A stretch of DNA of 64,000 bases from Clostridium sp. CAG:508 (GTDB lineage Bacteria > Bacillota > Clostridia > TANB77 > CAG-508). This document shows, piece after piece, positions 28,890-39,335 of this stretch. A program made the position numbers and the translations under genes. Positions within the stretch are counted from its first letter, which is position 1. Each line of letters begins with the position of its first letter. The notes beneath the pieces are model-generated. The model searched no databases, had not been told where the DNA came from, and saw nothing but the letters and a program-made list of their open reading frames with translations. The DNA is taken from contig FR889080.1 in assembly GCA_000435755.1 (NCBI GenBank), positions 14,562 through 78,561 on the forward strand, in the 5' to 3' direction.

Positions 28890-29789
28890 TTATTCTGCTA
28901 CTTCTTCTGTAGTAGCTTTTTTTCTTGTTCTTTTTGGCTTTTCTACTTCTGCTGTTTCTTCTGTAGCTTCAGCTTCCTCAGCTACTTTTTTTGTTCTTTT
29001 AGCTTTTTTAGGTTCTTCAACTTCTTCGCTAGCAACTACTTCTTCCATATCTGTAGGTTCTGCTACTTCTTCAACTTCCATAGCTTCTTCTACAGCTTCC
29101 ATAGATTCACCTTGTTTTCCTTCAATAACTGCATTTGCCATGCAATCTGCAATTAATTTAACTGCTCTAATAGCATCGTCATTTCCTGGAATTGCGTAAT
29201 CTACATCTTGTGGATTACAGTTAGTATCTACTAAACCGATTACTGGAATTCCTAATTTTCTAGCTTCTAGAATTCCTATTTTTTCTTTTTTAGGATCAAC
29301 TATAAACATAACTCCTGGTACTTCAGTCATTTCTTTAATACCACCTAAGTTTTTCTCTAGTTTTTCCATTTCTTTCTTTAATAATATAACTTCTTTTTTA
29401 GGTAAAACTTCGAAAGTACCGTCTTCTTGCATTTTTTCAAGTTCTAGTAATCTTCCAATTCTTTTTCTAATTGTTGAGAAGTTAGTTAATGTACCACCTA
29501 ACCATCTTTGATTTACATAGTACATACCGCATTTTTCTGCAGCTTCTTTAACACATTCTTGTGCTTGTTTTTTAGTTCCTACAAATAGAACTGTTTTTCC
29601 TGCTTCTGCTTGTTCTTTTAAGAAAGCATAAGCTTCATCTAATTTTTTAGATGTTTTTTGTAAGTCGATGATATGGATACCATTTCTAGCTTGGAATATG
29701 TATTCAGCCATTTTAGGATCCCATCTTCTTGTTTGATGTCCAAAGTGAACACCAGCTTCTAGTAATTGTTTCATTGCAACTACTGCCAT
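28890..29789 (-). CDS. rpsB: 30S ribosomal protein S2 with a C-terminal acidic/Lys-rich extension of about 50 aa
   Basis: [27 protein letters not shown]. 299 aa, whereas S2 is typically about 250 aa. Confidence 0.95.
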   Translation of the reverse strand: MAVVAMKQLLEAGVHFGHQTRRWDPKMAEYIFQARNGIHIIDLQKTSKKLDEAYAFLKEQAEAGKTVLFVGTKKQAQECVKEAAEKCGMYYVNQRWLGGTLTNFSTIRKRIGRLLELEKMQEDGTFEVLPKKEVILLKKEMEKLEKNLGGIKEMTEVPGVMFIVDPKKEKIGILEARKLGIPVIGLVDTNCNPQDVDYAIPGNDDAIRAVKLIADCMANAVIEGKQGESMEAVEEAMEVEEVAEPTDMEEVVASEEVEEPKKAKRTKKVAEEAEATEETAEVEKPKRTRKKATTEEVAE

Positions 29790-29912
29790 TTTTCTTTCCT
29801 CCTTTTAGTTTTTCCTCCATACTGCTTCAACCACATAAAAAAACTTGTGTATACAAGCACTCTTTTTATGCTAACAATATGTGTGTATTTTTCAACGCAT
29901 TTAATTATACCA

Positions 29913-29941
29913 AAAAAGTGTTGCAATTGCAACACTTTTTG
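29913..29941. promoter_or_regulatory. 24 to 29 bp perfect palindrome AAAGTGTTGCAATTGCAACACTTT overlapping the -35 of the rpsB promoter
   Basis: TTGCAA, 17 bp spacer, TGgTATAAT read on the minus strand. The palindrome covers the -35. Confidence 0.5.
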
Positions 29942-30111
29942 TGAATTTTTATAGTAAAATTTTGTATGTTAATTTTCATGGTTACTCGAAATATCTATAA
30001 TTAATTGATTTTTTGGTACTATTATAGTATAATAGACTACATAATAACTTCATGGTTTCTAATGCCAGCTTAGAAACCGCACATTTTTTCTTGATTAAGA
30101 AAGGAGAAGTT

Positions 30112-30624
30112 ATGCTTATAATTATTTTAGGTGTTGTTTTAGTATTATTACTTGAGTTTCTTTTGGTAATACATCCCCACTCAAATATTTCTTTTGACTC
30201 TTCATCAAGTTTTTTTGCCTTAATCCTTGTTGCTGCAATTGTGCTCGGTTTGTTTTTACCAGTAAGTGGATATAAGGATTGGGAACTTGCAGAGGAAATC
30301 GAATTAGTCTCTTTATCTAATGGTTTAGCTTCTGGCAGTAAAGGTTTTATATATGTATCTCTTACTGCTGACAATACCTATACCTACAGATATGAAATTG
30401 ATTCAGACTTTGGTACTACAACTTCCAAAGAATACAAAACCCAAACCTTAGTTGACGAAAATGTAGAAGAAATTGAAGACCCTAATTGTACTACTCCCGT
30501 TATTAGGGAATATAGTCAAAAAGCTAAACGTTCTATTTGGACATTTGCTTTAGGTCAAACAAACTATAAATACATTTTTTATGTGCCTGAAGGAACAATT
30601 TCTAAGGATGTAAAGCTCAACTAA
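30112..30624 (+). CDS. Small membrane protein (2 TM), unknown function
   Basis: Start moved to MLIIILGVV, which has RBS AGGAGA. The ORF track's 5' extension (start 30052) and the overlapping minus-strand ORF 29982-30374 look spurious. Confidence 0.45.
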   Translation: MLIIILGVVLVLLLEFLLVIHPHSNISFDSSSSFFALILVAAIVLGLFLPVSGYKDWELAEEIELVSLSNGLASGSKGFIYVSLTADNTYTYRYEIDSDFGTTTSKEYKTQTLVDENVEEIEDPNCTTPVIREYSQKAKRSIWTFALGQTNYKYIFYVPEGTISKDVKLN

Positions 30625-30645
30625 AATTCAAAGCATTGCTGGCAA

Positions 30646-30682
30646 AATAGTGAACATGTAAAAGTGTTCACTATTTTTTTAT
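30646..30682 (+). terminator. Intrinsic terminator
   Basis: atagtgaacatgtaaaagtgttcactat hairpin plus a T run. Confidence 0.6.
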
Positions 30683-30750
30683 TTTTTGTAGTTTTTTGTC
30701 AAAGTTTGTGGTATAATATTTTTGTTTACAAATGAATGGAGGTAGTTGTT

Positions 30751-30996
30751 ATGAATTTTAATAGATGTAGTCGTTGTGGTGGTTTCTTTATGGCCGAAGG
30801 AGATACTTGTCCTAATTGCCTTCAAAGAGATAAGTTTGAAATGAATAGGCTAGAAAATTTTATTGAAGAAAATCCTAATACAAGTTTAAATATGAATGAT
30901 ATTGCTTCAAATACTGGGGTTTCTGATAAGAATTTAAATAGATTTTTAGCTAATGAGCAATTTAATGAATTTATAAATAAAAATATATCTTTATAA
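30751..30996 (+). CDS. Zinc-ribbon plus HTH small protein of the YvyF / TIGR03826 family
   Basis: CSRCGG...CPNC Cys4 ribbon, then ENFIEENPNTSLNMNDIASNTGVSDKNLNRFL. RBS GGAGG before MNFNRC. Extended -10 promoter upstream. Confidence 0.55.
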   Translation: MNFNRCSRCGGFFMAEGDTCPNCLQRDKFEMNRLENFIEENPNTSLNMNDIASNTGVSDKNLNRFLANEQFNEFINKNISL

Positions 30997-30999
30997 AAC

Positions 31000-31034
31000 A
31001 AAGGTGTTGACATAGTTATTATATCAACACCTTT
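31000..31034. terminator. Bidirectional terminator
   Basis: aaggtgttga...tcaacacctt 10 bp stem. Confidence 0.6.
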
Positions 31035-31082
31035 ATTAAATTTTTCAAACGTTCCAAAACTTTCTGTCCCTATTATTTTTTA

Positions 31083-32381
31083 CTACACTATTTTTAAAAT
31101 ATCTTGTTTTTTACTTACTGTTTCATTAGTTATTGTATATGCATTAAGTACATCTTTTGCTATTTCATTTCCTAGTTTTTCATCATTTGCATGAACATAT
31201 GCTAAGATGTCTCTATTTTCAACCTTGTCACCTATTTTCTTTTCTAACACAATTCCAACAGAAAAGTCTATGTTGTCCTCTTTTTTCTTTCTTCCAGCCC
31301 CTAAATTCATTGATGCTTTTCCTATTTCTTGAGCTAAAAGTTCTTTTACATATCCGCTTCTGTTAGAAATAACTGGAACCACAAACTTTGCCTTTTCAAA
31401 TTTTTCTGTATTTTCTAAATAACTAATATCTCCACCTTGTTTTTGTATCCACTGTTCTAGTTTTGCAAATGCCTGTCCATTTTGAATTTGTTCTAACATT
31501 TTTTGTTTATTTTCTTCTATGTTATTTCCCTTTCTTGCAAGTTTTATCATATATGACCCAAGAGCTAGTATAACCTCTTTTACATCTGGTTGCATATTTC
31601 CTTGTAAAAACTCTATTGCTTCAATTACTTCTAACGAGTTTCCTACTGCTTTTCCTAAAGGTTCTTCCATGCTTGTAACAACACAAACTGTTTCTTTGTT
31701 AGCTAGCTCTCCTATTTTTTTCATGGTTTCGGCAAGTTTAGTAGCATTATCTACATCCTTCATAAATGCTCCATTTCCACATGTAACATCAAGAACTATT
31801 TTATTTGCACCTGCTGCTATTTTTTTGCTCATTATGCTTGATGCAATAAGTGGAATACTCTCAGTTGTTGATGTAGTATCTCTTAAGGCATATAGCTTTT
31901 TATCTGCTGGAGCCAAGTTTAATGTTTGACCCATTAAAGCTATTCCTATTTCTTTTACATTTTGAATAAATTGGTCTATTGTAAGGCTTGTGTTATATCC
32001 TGGTATTGATTCTAACTTGTCTATTGTTCCACCTGTATACCCTAATCCTCTTCCTGACATTTTTGCTACTGGAATATCAAGTGATGCAATTATTGGTGCT
32101 AAAATTAGCGTTACTTTATCGCCAATTCCTCCTGTGCTATGTTTATCAACTACTGTTCCCAATTCTGATAAATCTAGAATATCTCCAGAATGTGCCATTG
32201 CTAAGGTTAAGTTTGTTGTTTCCTCTTCGTCCATTCCATTTAAGTAAATTGCCATTGTTAAAGCAGACGCCTGATAATCTGGTATATTTCCATTTGTATA
32301 ATTTTGTACAAAATATTCTATTTCTTCTTTACTTAACTTTTGTTTATCTCTTTTTTTAGCTATAATCTCTAAAATATTCAT
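31083..32381 (-). CDS. pdp: Pyrimidine-nucleoside (thymidine) phosphorylase
   Basis: 432 aa. Glycosyltransferase family 3 N-terminus, DKHSTGGIGDK phosphate-binding motif, C-terminal PYNP domain. Confidence 0.9.
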   Translation of the reverse strand: MNILEIIAKKRDKQKLSKEEIEYFVQNYTNGNIPDYQASALTMAIYLNGMDEEETTNLTLAMAHSGDILDLSELGTVVDKHSTGGIGDKVTLILAPIIASLDIPVAKMSGRGLGYTGGTIDKLESIPGYNTSLTIDQFIQNVKEIGIALMGQTLNLAPADKKLYALRDTTSTTESIPLIASSIMSKKIAAGANKIVLDVTCGNGAFMKDVDNATKLAETMKKIGELANKETVCVVTSMEEPLGKAVGNSLEVIEAIEFLQGNMQPDVKEVILALGSYMIKLARKGNNIEENKQKMLEQIQNGQAFAKLEQWIQKQGGDISYLENTEKFEKAKFVVPVISNRSGYVKELLAQEIGKASMNLGAGRKKKEDNIDFSVGIVLEKKIGDKVENRDILAYVHANDEKLGNEIAKDVLNAYTITNETVSKKQDILKIV

Positions 32382-32396
32382 TTTAATTTCATCCTT

Positions 32397-33059
32397 TTAT
32401 ATAAAATTCTTAATAAAACTGGCCCTATGTAAAGTACAAGGTCCATATTCTTTTATAGCCTTTATATGTGCAGCTGTTCCATACCCTTTATGTTTAGCAA
32501 AACCATATTGAGGATATATTTCATCCCATTGTCTCATTATTCTGTCCCTTGTTACTTTTGCAATAATTGATGCACATGCTATTGAATAACTAATTGCATC
32601 TCCATGAATAATTGATTTATATGGTATTCCATCTGTATCAATTTTAGTTAGTGCATCTACCAAAATTGCATCTGGTTTTGTAATTTCAAGTTCTGGCTTT
32701 TTTGCTAATTTAGCTTCCATATCTTTTATTGCTGTTGTTAAACCCTTTTTAGTTGCTTGTAATATATTTATTTCATCAATTTCCTTTTGGTCGATAATTC
32801 CTATTCCATAACTAATTGCCTCACTAGTTATTTGTTCATATAGCTGCTCTCTTTTTTTCTCAGATATTTTTTTAGAATCATTAACACCTTCTATCATTGA
32901 GGTTTTTGGCATCAAAGCACATGCTACCACAACTGGTCCTGCTAAAGGTCCTCTTCCTGCCTCGTCAATTCCTGCAATCGCTTTTAAACCTTTTTCATTA
33001 TATAATTCTTCTTCTACTTTTTTTAAATTTGTTAATCTCTCTAACTCTTTTTCCTTCAT
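32397..33059 (-). CDS. rnhB: Ribonuclease HII
   Basis: IAGIDEAGRGPLAGPVV catalytic motif. 220 aa. Confidence 0.9.
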   Translation of the reverse strand: MKEKELERLTNLKKVEEELYNEKGLKAIAGIDEAGRGPLAGPVVVACALMPKTSMIEGVNDSKKISEKKREQLYEQITSEAISYGIGIIDQKEIDEINILQATKKGLTTAIKDMEAKLAKKPELEITKPDAILVDALTKIDTDGIPYKSIIHGDAISYSIACASIIAKVTRDRIMRQWDEIYPQYGFAKHKGYGTAAHIKAIKEYGPCTLHRASFIKNFI

Positions 33060-33060
33060 T

Positions 33061-33543
33061 CTATTGCTCCAATTTTAATCCTTCAATATTATCTATATCA
33101 TAATAATTGCTTCCTGCTAGTTCGTATCCTTTTGTATAATACACTGTTCCGTCTGTATATTCAACAATGTAATATGAGTTTTCTTCTAGTTTAACTTGTG
33201 GTAATCCCATTTCATCTAAATTTTGTTGATTTATTGCATAATATTTTTTGTCTTTTTCTTCTATATCGATTGAATTGTTATTTAGAAACTCTTGTATTAT
33301 TGGTTCATCTTTAATATCTGTAAGTTTAGTTCCTATTAATATTTCATCTTTCTTTTCTAATATATAATCTGATGATATTTTTTTAACTTTTGCCTGTACT
33401 AATAGTAAGTCTGTTTTCATATCTTCTAACTCTTCTTTTGTTGTTTGCATTCTCACATAATATACAACTCCAAATACTATGAATGCAATTATTAATACAA
33501 AAAATATTGTTCCTGCTAATGTTAATCCTTTTTGACTTTTCAT
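33061..33543 (-). CDS. Membrane protein with a prepilin-like N-terminus (MKSQKG|LTLAGTIFFVLII...)
   Basis: Short basic leader ending in Gly, then a 21 aa hydrophobic segment, like the pilus-locus pilins. 160 aa. Confidence 0.45.
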   Translation of the reverse strand: MKSQKGLTLAGTIFFVLIIAFIVFGVVYYVRMQTTKEELEDMKTDLLLVQAKVKKISSDYILEKKDEILIGTKLTDIKDEPIIQEFLNNNSIDIEEKDKKYYAINQQNLDEMGLPQVKLEENSYYIVEYTDGTVYYTKGYELAGSNYYDIDNIEGLKLEQ

Positions 33544-33600
33544 TTTTTACTCCTTCTATTTTGGTTATATTATATAAATTTTATTTTATTTTTGCAAGTT

Positions 33601-34107
33601 CTACCAATCAAGTTCCAACTTATCCTTAATTAAGTTATATCTCTGTATTACTGAAAGAACCATTTCATCGTTTTCTATCATTTTATAAAATTCATCTCTA
33701 CCAACAAATTTCACATTTTGAACTTCTTCTAATTGTAATTTAATATCTCTTATATTAATTTTCTTTTGTGTTTTAAAAATATCTACAAATTGTTTTTTAT
33801 ATAGTTGAGCTCCTACTAAAACAAATTCATCTTGTTCAAATTTTATGCCTATTTCTTCCTTCATTTCCCTTTTAATTGTGTCTTCTGTTGTTTCTCCAGC
33901 TTGGCAACATCCTCCAGGCACTTCCCATCCACCTGAATGTGTTTTTTGTACACTTCTTTGAGTCATTAGTAGTTTATTGTTGTTTATAATCCACATTTCA
34001 GCTCCCATATTGTATTCATTATCCTGCAAGCTTTCACCACGTGCTTTTTTATAATTTAGTTTATTTCTATTTTTATCTACTACATCAAAAAATTCCATAA
34101 TTATCAC
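33601..34107 (-). CDS. NUDIX hydrolase
   Basis: Nudix box GGCCQAGETTEDTIKREMKEEIG. Confidence 0.8.
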   Translation of the reverse strand: MIIMEFFDVVDKNRNKLNYKKARGESLQDNEYNMGAEMWIINNNKLLMTQRSVQKTHSGGWEVPGGCCQAGETTEDTIKREMKEEIGIKFEQDEFVLVGAQLYKKQFVDIFKTQKKINIRDIKLQLEEVQNVKFVGRDEFYKMIENDEMVLSVIQRYNLIKDKLELDW

Positions 34108-34206
34108 CTTGTTGTTATTATAACATATTAATACAATTTTTTGTTGCCTTTTATTGTATTTTGTAGTATTATTAATTTAGTTACAAAAGATTTTAAGGAG
34201 AATTAC

Positions 34207-35145
34207 ATGTTTGAACAAAAATTTGATTTTTATAGTCCGTTAAATTTAAAAGCATATAATTTAGACCAAATTATGCGCTATCAATTAGACGTTTTAGGAA
34301 AACTTGATCCTTTTACTAGAAAACACAGTGAAAATGTTGCAAATTTATGTTGTAGAATTTGTGAGTATTTAAGATGCAAAAGTTCCTTTACTGTACATTG
34401 TACAATTGGTGGATATTTGCATGATATTGGTAAACTATTTATTCCACCTGAAATTTTAAATAAGCCTGACAAATTAACACCTGAAGAATATGAAGTTATA
34501 AAAACGCACACTACTCTTGGTTATGATATGTGTATGAAAGATCCTCATCTTCGTCCATACGCTTTATTTGCCTTAGATCATCACGAAGCACTAAATGGTT
34601 CTGGATATCCTAATGGCATTACTAAAAAAGATATCCCTTATGGTGCTCAAATTGTGCGTGTTGCGGATGAATATGATGCGCTTGTTACAAAAAGGCAATA
34701 TACTACTCACATTAATATTTCCGAGACTTTAAAGGATCTTATAAAAGATGCTCAACCTGACCCTAGATTTATTGCCTTAGATCAACTAAATACACATGAA
34801 AAAGAAGGAAAAATAAATGGATTGATTTTAAAAAAATTATTCAAGGTTGTTATTGATGATACTTTATATGAAATTAGTTGTGTAATGGATTATGTTGAAT
34901 ATTTAAAAGAACAAATAAAACGTTTAGAGTTAATTCAATCTTATCAGAGAAAAGCCGATAATTCTAATAAAGAAAAAACAAAAGATTATTATCATGAAGG
35001 TATGACTCTTTTATTTCAACAAGGTGAAAATATGGAAAATTACAGTCAGATTTTAGAAGAATATAAAACAGCATTAAAAGTTCGTGAGAATGTGATTGAC
35101 CAACTATATAATGAAATTAAAATTATAAAAAAATTGAAAATTTAA
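34207..35145 (+). CDS. HD-GYP domain protein (probable c-di-GMP phosphodiesterase)
   Basis: YLHDIGK and HHEALNGSGYP motifs. Start at MFEQKF with RBS AAGGAG. The ORF-track TTG extension is ignored. Confidence 0.75.
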   Translation: MFEQKFDFYSPLNLKAYNLDQIMRYQLDVLGKLDPFTRKHSENVANLCCRICEYLRCKSSFTVHCTIGGYLHDIGKLFIPPEILNKPDKLTPEEYEVIKTHTTLGYDMCMKDPHLRPYALFALDHHEALNGSGYPNGITKKDIPYGAQIVRVADEYDALVTKRQYTTHINISETLKDLIKDAQPDPRFIALDQLNTHEKEGKINGLILKKLFKVVIDDTLYEISCVMDYVEYLKEQIKRLELIQSYQRKADNSNKEKTKDYYHEGMTLLFQQGENMENYSQILEEYKTALKVRENVIDQLYNEIKIIKKLKI

Positions 35146-35156
35146 ATGGAGGACTA

Positions 35157-37352
35157 ATGAAGAAATTATATACTATGCCAAAAAAAATACTAATTGCTAT
35201 GTTTGTTATGTTCATTTTTATGGGATTACTTCTTATTCGTCTAGCTTATCTCCAATTTATAAAAGGATCTAGCTTAAAAGAGCAAATGTATAACCAACTT
35301 ATAACAAGTCGTACAATTAGTCCTAGTAGAGGCACTATTTATGATTCAACTGGTAAAGCCTTAGCCATAAGTGCCAAAGTTGATACTATAAGTATAATTC
35401 CAACTTCTATAGTGGTAAAAGAAAATGGAGTAATCGACAAAGATAAAACTCAAACTTTAAAAGAAAAAGTTGCAAAAGCTTTTTCTGATATATTTAAATT
35501 AGATTATGAAGAAACTCTATCAAAAGTTTCTAGTGATTCAAGTTATATTACTATTGTAAGAAAAGTAGAAAAAGATAAAGTTGATAAACTTAAAGCTTGG
35601 ATGGAAAAAGAAAAAGTATATTCTGGTATAAATATTGATGAAGATGCCAAAAGATATTATCCATATAATAATTTAGCTTCTTCACTAATGGGATTCTGTA
35701 ATATTGATAATCAGGGTATAGAAGGATTAGAAGCTGCTTGGAATGATGTACTAACTGGTACAGCAGGTAGAGTAATAACTGCTCAGGATGCTATTCAAAA
35801 ATTTATTCCTGATAGTAATCAAACTTATATACCTGCTGAAAATGGTAGTGATTTAACATTAACAATTGATGCAAATATTCAGAGTATTGTAGAAAAATAT
35901 TTAAAACAAGCTTGTATTGATAATAAGTGTACTCGTGGTGGTAATGTAATAGCAATGGACCCAAAAACAGGAGATATTTTGGCAATGGCAACATATCCAG
36001 ATTACAACTTAAATACACCTTTTGAAATGCCATCACACATTACTAAAAAGAATTGGGACAAGCTTACTTCTGAGGAAAAAAGTAACACTTTAAATAGTTT
36101 ATATCGTAATAGAGCAATTGCAGACCCTTATGAGCCTGGTTCAGTCTTTAAAATTATCACTGCTTCAATTGCCTTAGAGGAAAATTTAGCTGAACCAGAT
36201 AAGGCTAATGTCTATCACTGTAAAGGCTCTCAAGTAGTATATGGAACAAGAATAAGATGTGCATATGGAATCAAACATGGTTATGAAAGTTTACGTCAAG
36301 CTTTTTCTGTTTCATGTAACCCAGCATTTATACAAATCAGCGGAAAAATAGGCGCTACTACAAGTTATAAATATTATAAAGCTTTTGGTTTTTTTGATAA
36401 AACTGGAATAAATACGATAGGTGAATCTAGTTCGATTTTTTGGGACTTAGAAAATGTTGGTCCTGTTGAATTGGCTACTATGGCTTTTGGTCAAAGATTT
36501 AAAATAACTCCTATTCAAATGATTACTGCTGTTTGTACTATAGCAAATGATGGTGTTTTAATGAAACCTCGTCTTGTAAAACAAATCACAAATACAGATA
36601 ATGGTGCTATTACTACAATTGATACTACTGCTGTAAGACAAGTTATTTCTAAAGAAACTGCAGATATAATGATGGATTTGGCAGAAACAGTAGTATCTGA
36701 AGGTTCTGGAAAATATGCTAAAATTAAAGGATATTCTATTGCAGGTAAAACAGGTACCTCAGAATCAGATTACAGTAAAGATGAAGGATATACAGCTTCT
36801 TTTGTTGCTATTAGTCCAACTGAAAATCCAGAAATAGTCCTATTGGTTACATTATATGATCCAACTGGTTCTAAGGGTCACAGTGGAAACCTAGTTGCTG
36901 CTCCTGTTGCTGCACAAATGTTAAAAGAAATTCTACCATATATGCAAGTATCAAGCGATAATTCTAGTGATAGTTCTTCTAGTAAAACTATTAGCCTTCC
37001 TAATGTCACAAACAAAACTGTTGCAGAAGCTAAGAAAACTTTAGAAAATGCTGGTTTTACAGTTAGTACTTCTGCTGGTTCTAAAGAAATTGTTACAGAG
37101 CAATTTCCAACAAAAGGTTCAGAATTATTAAAAGGTTCTATTATAAAGCTATACACTGAAACTGAAAATACTCGTGTTTCTAAGCAAGTACCAGATTTAA
37201 CTAACAAATCACTTTCTCAAGTAAAGTCAGCTCTTAAGAATTTGAATTTAAATTATAGTGTTACAGGTTCAGGAACAGTAGTAAGTCAAGACCCTATTGC
37301 AAATACACAAGTAGAAGAAGGCACAGTTGTTAAAATAACTTTAGGAAAATAA
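35157..37352 (+). CDS. Class B penicillin-binding protein (PBP2B/SpoVD-like) with two C-terminal PASTA domains
   Basis: N-terminal TM, dimerisation domain, transpeptidase motifs (SVFK; SCN), two PASTA repeats at the C-terminus. 731 aa. Confidence 0.9.
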   Translation: MKKLYTMPKKILIAMFVMFIFMGLLLIRLAYLQFIKGSSLKEQMYNQLITSRTISPSRGTIYDSTGKALAISAKVDTISIIPTSIVVKENGVIDKDKTQTLKEKVAKAFSDIFKLDYEETLSKVSSDSSYITIVRKVEKDKVDKLKAWMEKEKVYSGINIDEDAKRYYPYNNLASSLMGFCNIDNQGIEGLEAAWNDVLTGTAGRVITAQDAIQKFIPDSNQTYIPAENGSDLTLTIDANIQSIVEKYLKQACIDNKCTRGGNVIAMDPKTGDILAMATYPDYNLNTPFEMPSHITKKNWDKLTSEEKSNTLNSLYRNRAIADPYEPGSVFKIITASIALEENLAEPDKANVYHCKGSQVVYGTRIRCAYGIKHGYESLRQAFSVSCNPAFIQISGKIGATTSYKYYKAFGFFDKTGINTIGESSSIFWDLENVGPVELATMAFGQRFKITPIQMITAVCTIANDGVLMKPRLVKQITNTDNGAITTIDTTAVRQVISKETADIMMDLAETVVSEGSGKYAKIKGYSIAGKTGTSESDYSKDEGYTASFVAISPTENPEIVLLVTLYDPTGSKGHSGNLVAAPVAAQMLKEILPYMQVSSDNSSDSSSSKTISLPNVTNKTVAEAKKTLENAGFTVSTSAGSKEIVTEQFPTKGSELLKGSIIKLYTETENTRVSKQVPDLTNKSLSQVKSALKNLNLNYSVTGSGTVVSQDPIANTQVEEGTVVKITLGK

Positions 37353-37360
37353 AAACAATA

Positions 37361-37392
37361 AAAAAATTGAGGTGGTTACCTCAATTTTTTTT
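37361..37392. terminator. Bidirectional terminator between the PBP gene and ftsH
   Basis: attgaggt ggtt acctcaat with A and T runs. Confidence 0.6.
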
Positions 37393-37404
37393 ATTGCTTT
37401 ATTT

Positions 37405-39219
37405 TTATTCGCTAAATATTTCGTCAAATTCGTCACCATCAATTTTTTCTTTTTCAAGAAGTACATTAGCAACTTTTGTTAATTTTTCCATATTAGCTTT
37501 TAATATTTCTTCTGCTTTTTTGTACGCGAAGTCTATTATGCTTTTTACTTCTTCGTCAATTAAATTTGCTGTTTCTTCTGAATATTCTTTAGCTTGAGCA
37601 AAATCTCTTCCTAAGAATACTTCTTCTTGGCTTGAACCTAATGTTATAGTTCCTATTCTTTCACTCATACCATATTTAGTGACCATGCTTCTAGCAATTT
37701 GTGTTGCTCTTTCGATGTCATTACTTGCGCCTGTTGAAATATCATTTAGTACTAATTGTTCTGCAACTCTACCACCTAGTAATGATACTATATTTTCAAC
37801 CATTTCTGTTCTTGACATAAATGATTTATCTTCTGTTGGACGATACATTGTATATCCACCAGCCATTCCTCTTGGTACAATAGAAATTTGATGTACTGGA
37901 TCTTGTGTTGGTAAAAATCTGCTTACTACTGCATGCCCTGCTTCGTGAAAAGCAACTAGCTTTTGTTCTTTTTCACTTCTAACTCTTGTACGTTTTTCAG
38001 GTCCCATAGTAACTTTTACCATAGCATCTTCAACTTCTTGCATTCCTATTTCATTTAAGTTTCTTCTAGCTGCTAATAGTGCTGCTTCATTTAATACATT
38101 CTCTAGGTCTGCTCCTGAGAATCCAGAAGTATTTTTAGCTATTGTTTTTAAATCTACATCATCAGCTAATTTTTTCTTTCTGCTGTGTACTTCTAATATT
38201 TGCTCTCTTGCTTTTACATCTGGATTTGATACTACTATTTGTCTATCAAATCTACCTGGTCTTAGTAAAGCTTTATCCAATATGTCAGGTCTGTTTGTTG
38301 CTGCTAATACTATAACACCTTCATTTGCTGAGAAACCATCCATTTCAACTAATAATTGGTTTAATGTTTGCTCTCTTTCATCATGTCCTCCACCTAAACC
38401 AGCACCTCTTTGACGTCCTACAGCATCAATTTCGTCTATAAATATGATACATGGGGCTTTTTTCTTTGCTTCTTCAAACAAGTCTCTAACTCTTGATGCA
38501 CCAACACCAACAAACATTTCTACGAAGTCAGAACCACTTATAAAGAAGAATGGTACTCCTGCTTCTCCTGCTACTGCTTTTGCTAATAGAGTTTTACCTG
38601 TTCCTGGATGACCTACTAATAAAACACCTTTTGGTATTCTAGCTCCCATCTCTGTAAATTTTCTAGGATTTTTTAAGAATTCTACTATTTCTTCTAATTC
38701 TTCTTTTTCTTCGTCAACACCTGCAACATCGTCAAATGTTACTCTGTTTTTGTCTGATGGATTAATCATTCTAGCACGGCTTTTGCCAAATGACATTGTT
38801 TTGCCACTAGCTCCACCATTTCCACTTTGTGCTCCTCCCATAAGTAAGAACCAGAATATAAAGAATATAATAAGTATTCCAAATGGAGTTAATAAACTGA
38901 ATATTACCATCCAGATAGATTCTGATTTTTCAGTTACTTTTACAGTTCCTGCTTTCATACTATCATTCAAGCTATTCATTAAATTTTCCACACTTGGGAT
39001 ATTTACTTCTTTTGTAAAGTTTTCATTTTTTAGCTTAACTTCTGCTTTTACACCATCAGATGATAATGTAATTTCTTTTACTTCTCCTGCTTCGATTTTA
39101 GAAATAAGTTCAGAATAAGCTAATTTATTATCTCTATTTTCTACAATAGAACTAATAAGTACTACTAATATTATTCCTATAATTAGCCACATTGCTAATG
39201 TTTTTATACTGTTCTTCAA
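37405..39219 (-). CDS. ftsH: ATP-dependent zinc metalloprotease FtsH
   Basis: Two TM helices, AAA Walker A GPPGTGKT-type ([13 protein letters not shown]), SRH, zinc site HEAGHA. Confidence 0.95.
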   Translation of the reverse strand: MKNSIKTLAMWLIIGIILVVLISSIVENRDNKLAYSELISKIEAGEVKEITLSSDGVKAEVKLKNENFTKEVNIPSVENLMNSLNDSMKAGTVKVTEKSESIWMVIFSLLTPFGILIIFFIFWFLLMGGAQSGNGGASGKTMSFGKSRARMINPSDKNRVTFDDVAGVDEEKEELEEIVEFLKNPRKFTEMGARIPKGVLLVGHPGTGKTLLAKAVAGEAGVPFFFISGSDFVEMFVGVGASRVRDLFEEAKKKAPCIIFIDEIDAVGRQRGAGLGGGHDEREQTLNQLLVEMDGFSANEGVIVLAATNRPDILDKALLRPGRFDRQIVVSNPDVKAREQILEVHSRKKKLADDVDLKTIAKNTSGFSGADLENVLNEAALLAARRNLNEIGMQEVEDAMVKVTMGPEKRTRVRSEKEQKLVAFHEAGHAVVSRFLPTQDPVHQISIVPRGMAGGYTMYRPTEDKSFMSRTEMVENIVSLLGGRVAEQLVLNDISTGASNDIERATQIARSMVTKYGMSERIGTITLGSSQEEVFLGRDFAQAKEYSEETANLIDEEVKSIIDFAYKKAEEILKANMEKLTKVANVLLEKEKIDGDEFDEIFSE

Positions 39220-39335
39220 AATTGTTCCTCCTCTTTATGTTTTTTAACAATTTAGACTATACCATACTAAGATTTTAAATTCAAGTGTTTTCACAAAACT
39301 TTCATTTAGCAAATTAGCCTACCTCAACGGTTTAT

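Noticed and set aside
29982-30374. 130-aa minus-strand ORF upstream of rpsB
   Set aside because: It overlaps the plus-strand membrane-protein gene that has a good RBS and would run into the rpsB promoter palindrome, with no RBS of its own.
34141-34206. ORF-track 5' extension of the HD-GYP gene from a TTG start
   Set aside because: An ATG at 34207 has a canonical AAGGAG RBS 6 nt upstream, and the extension has none. The same applies to extensions on alr, xth, ppa and the 30112 gene.
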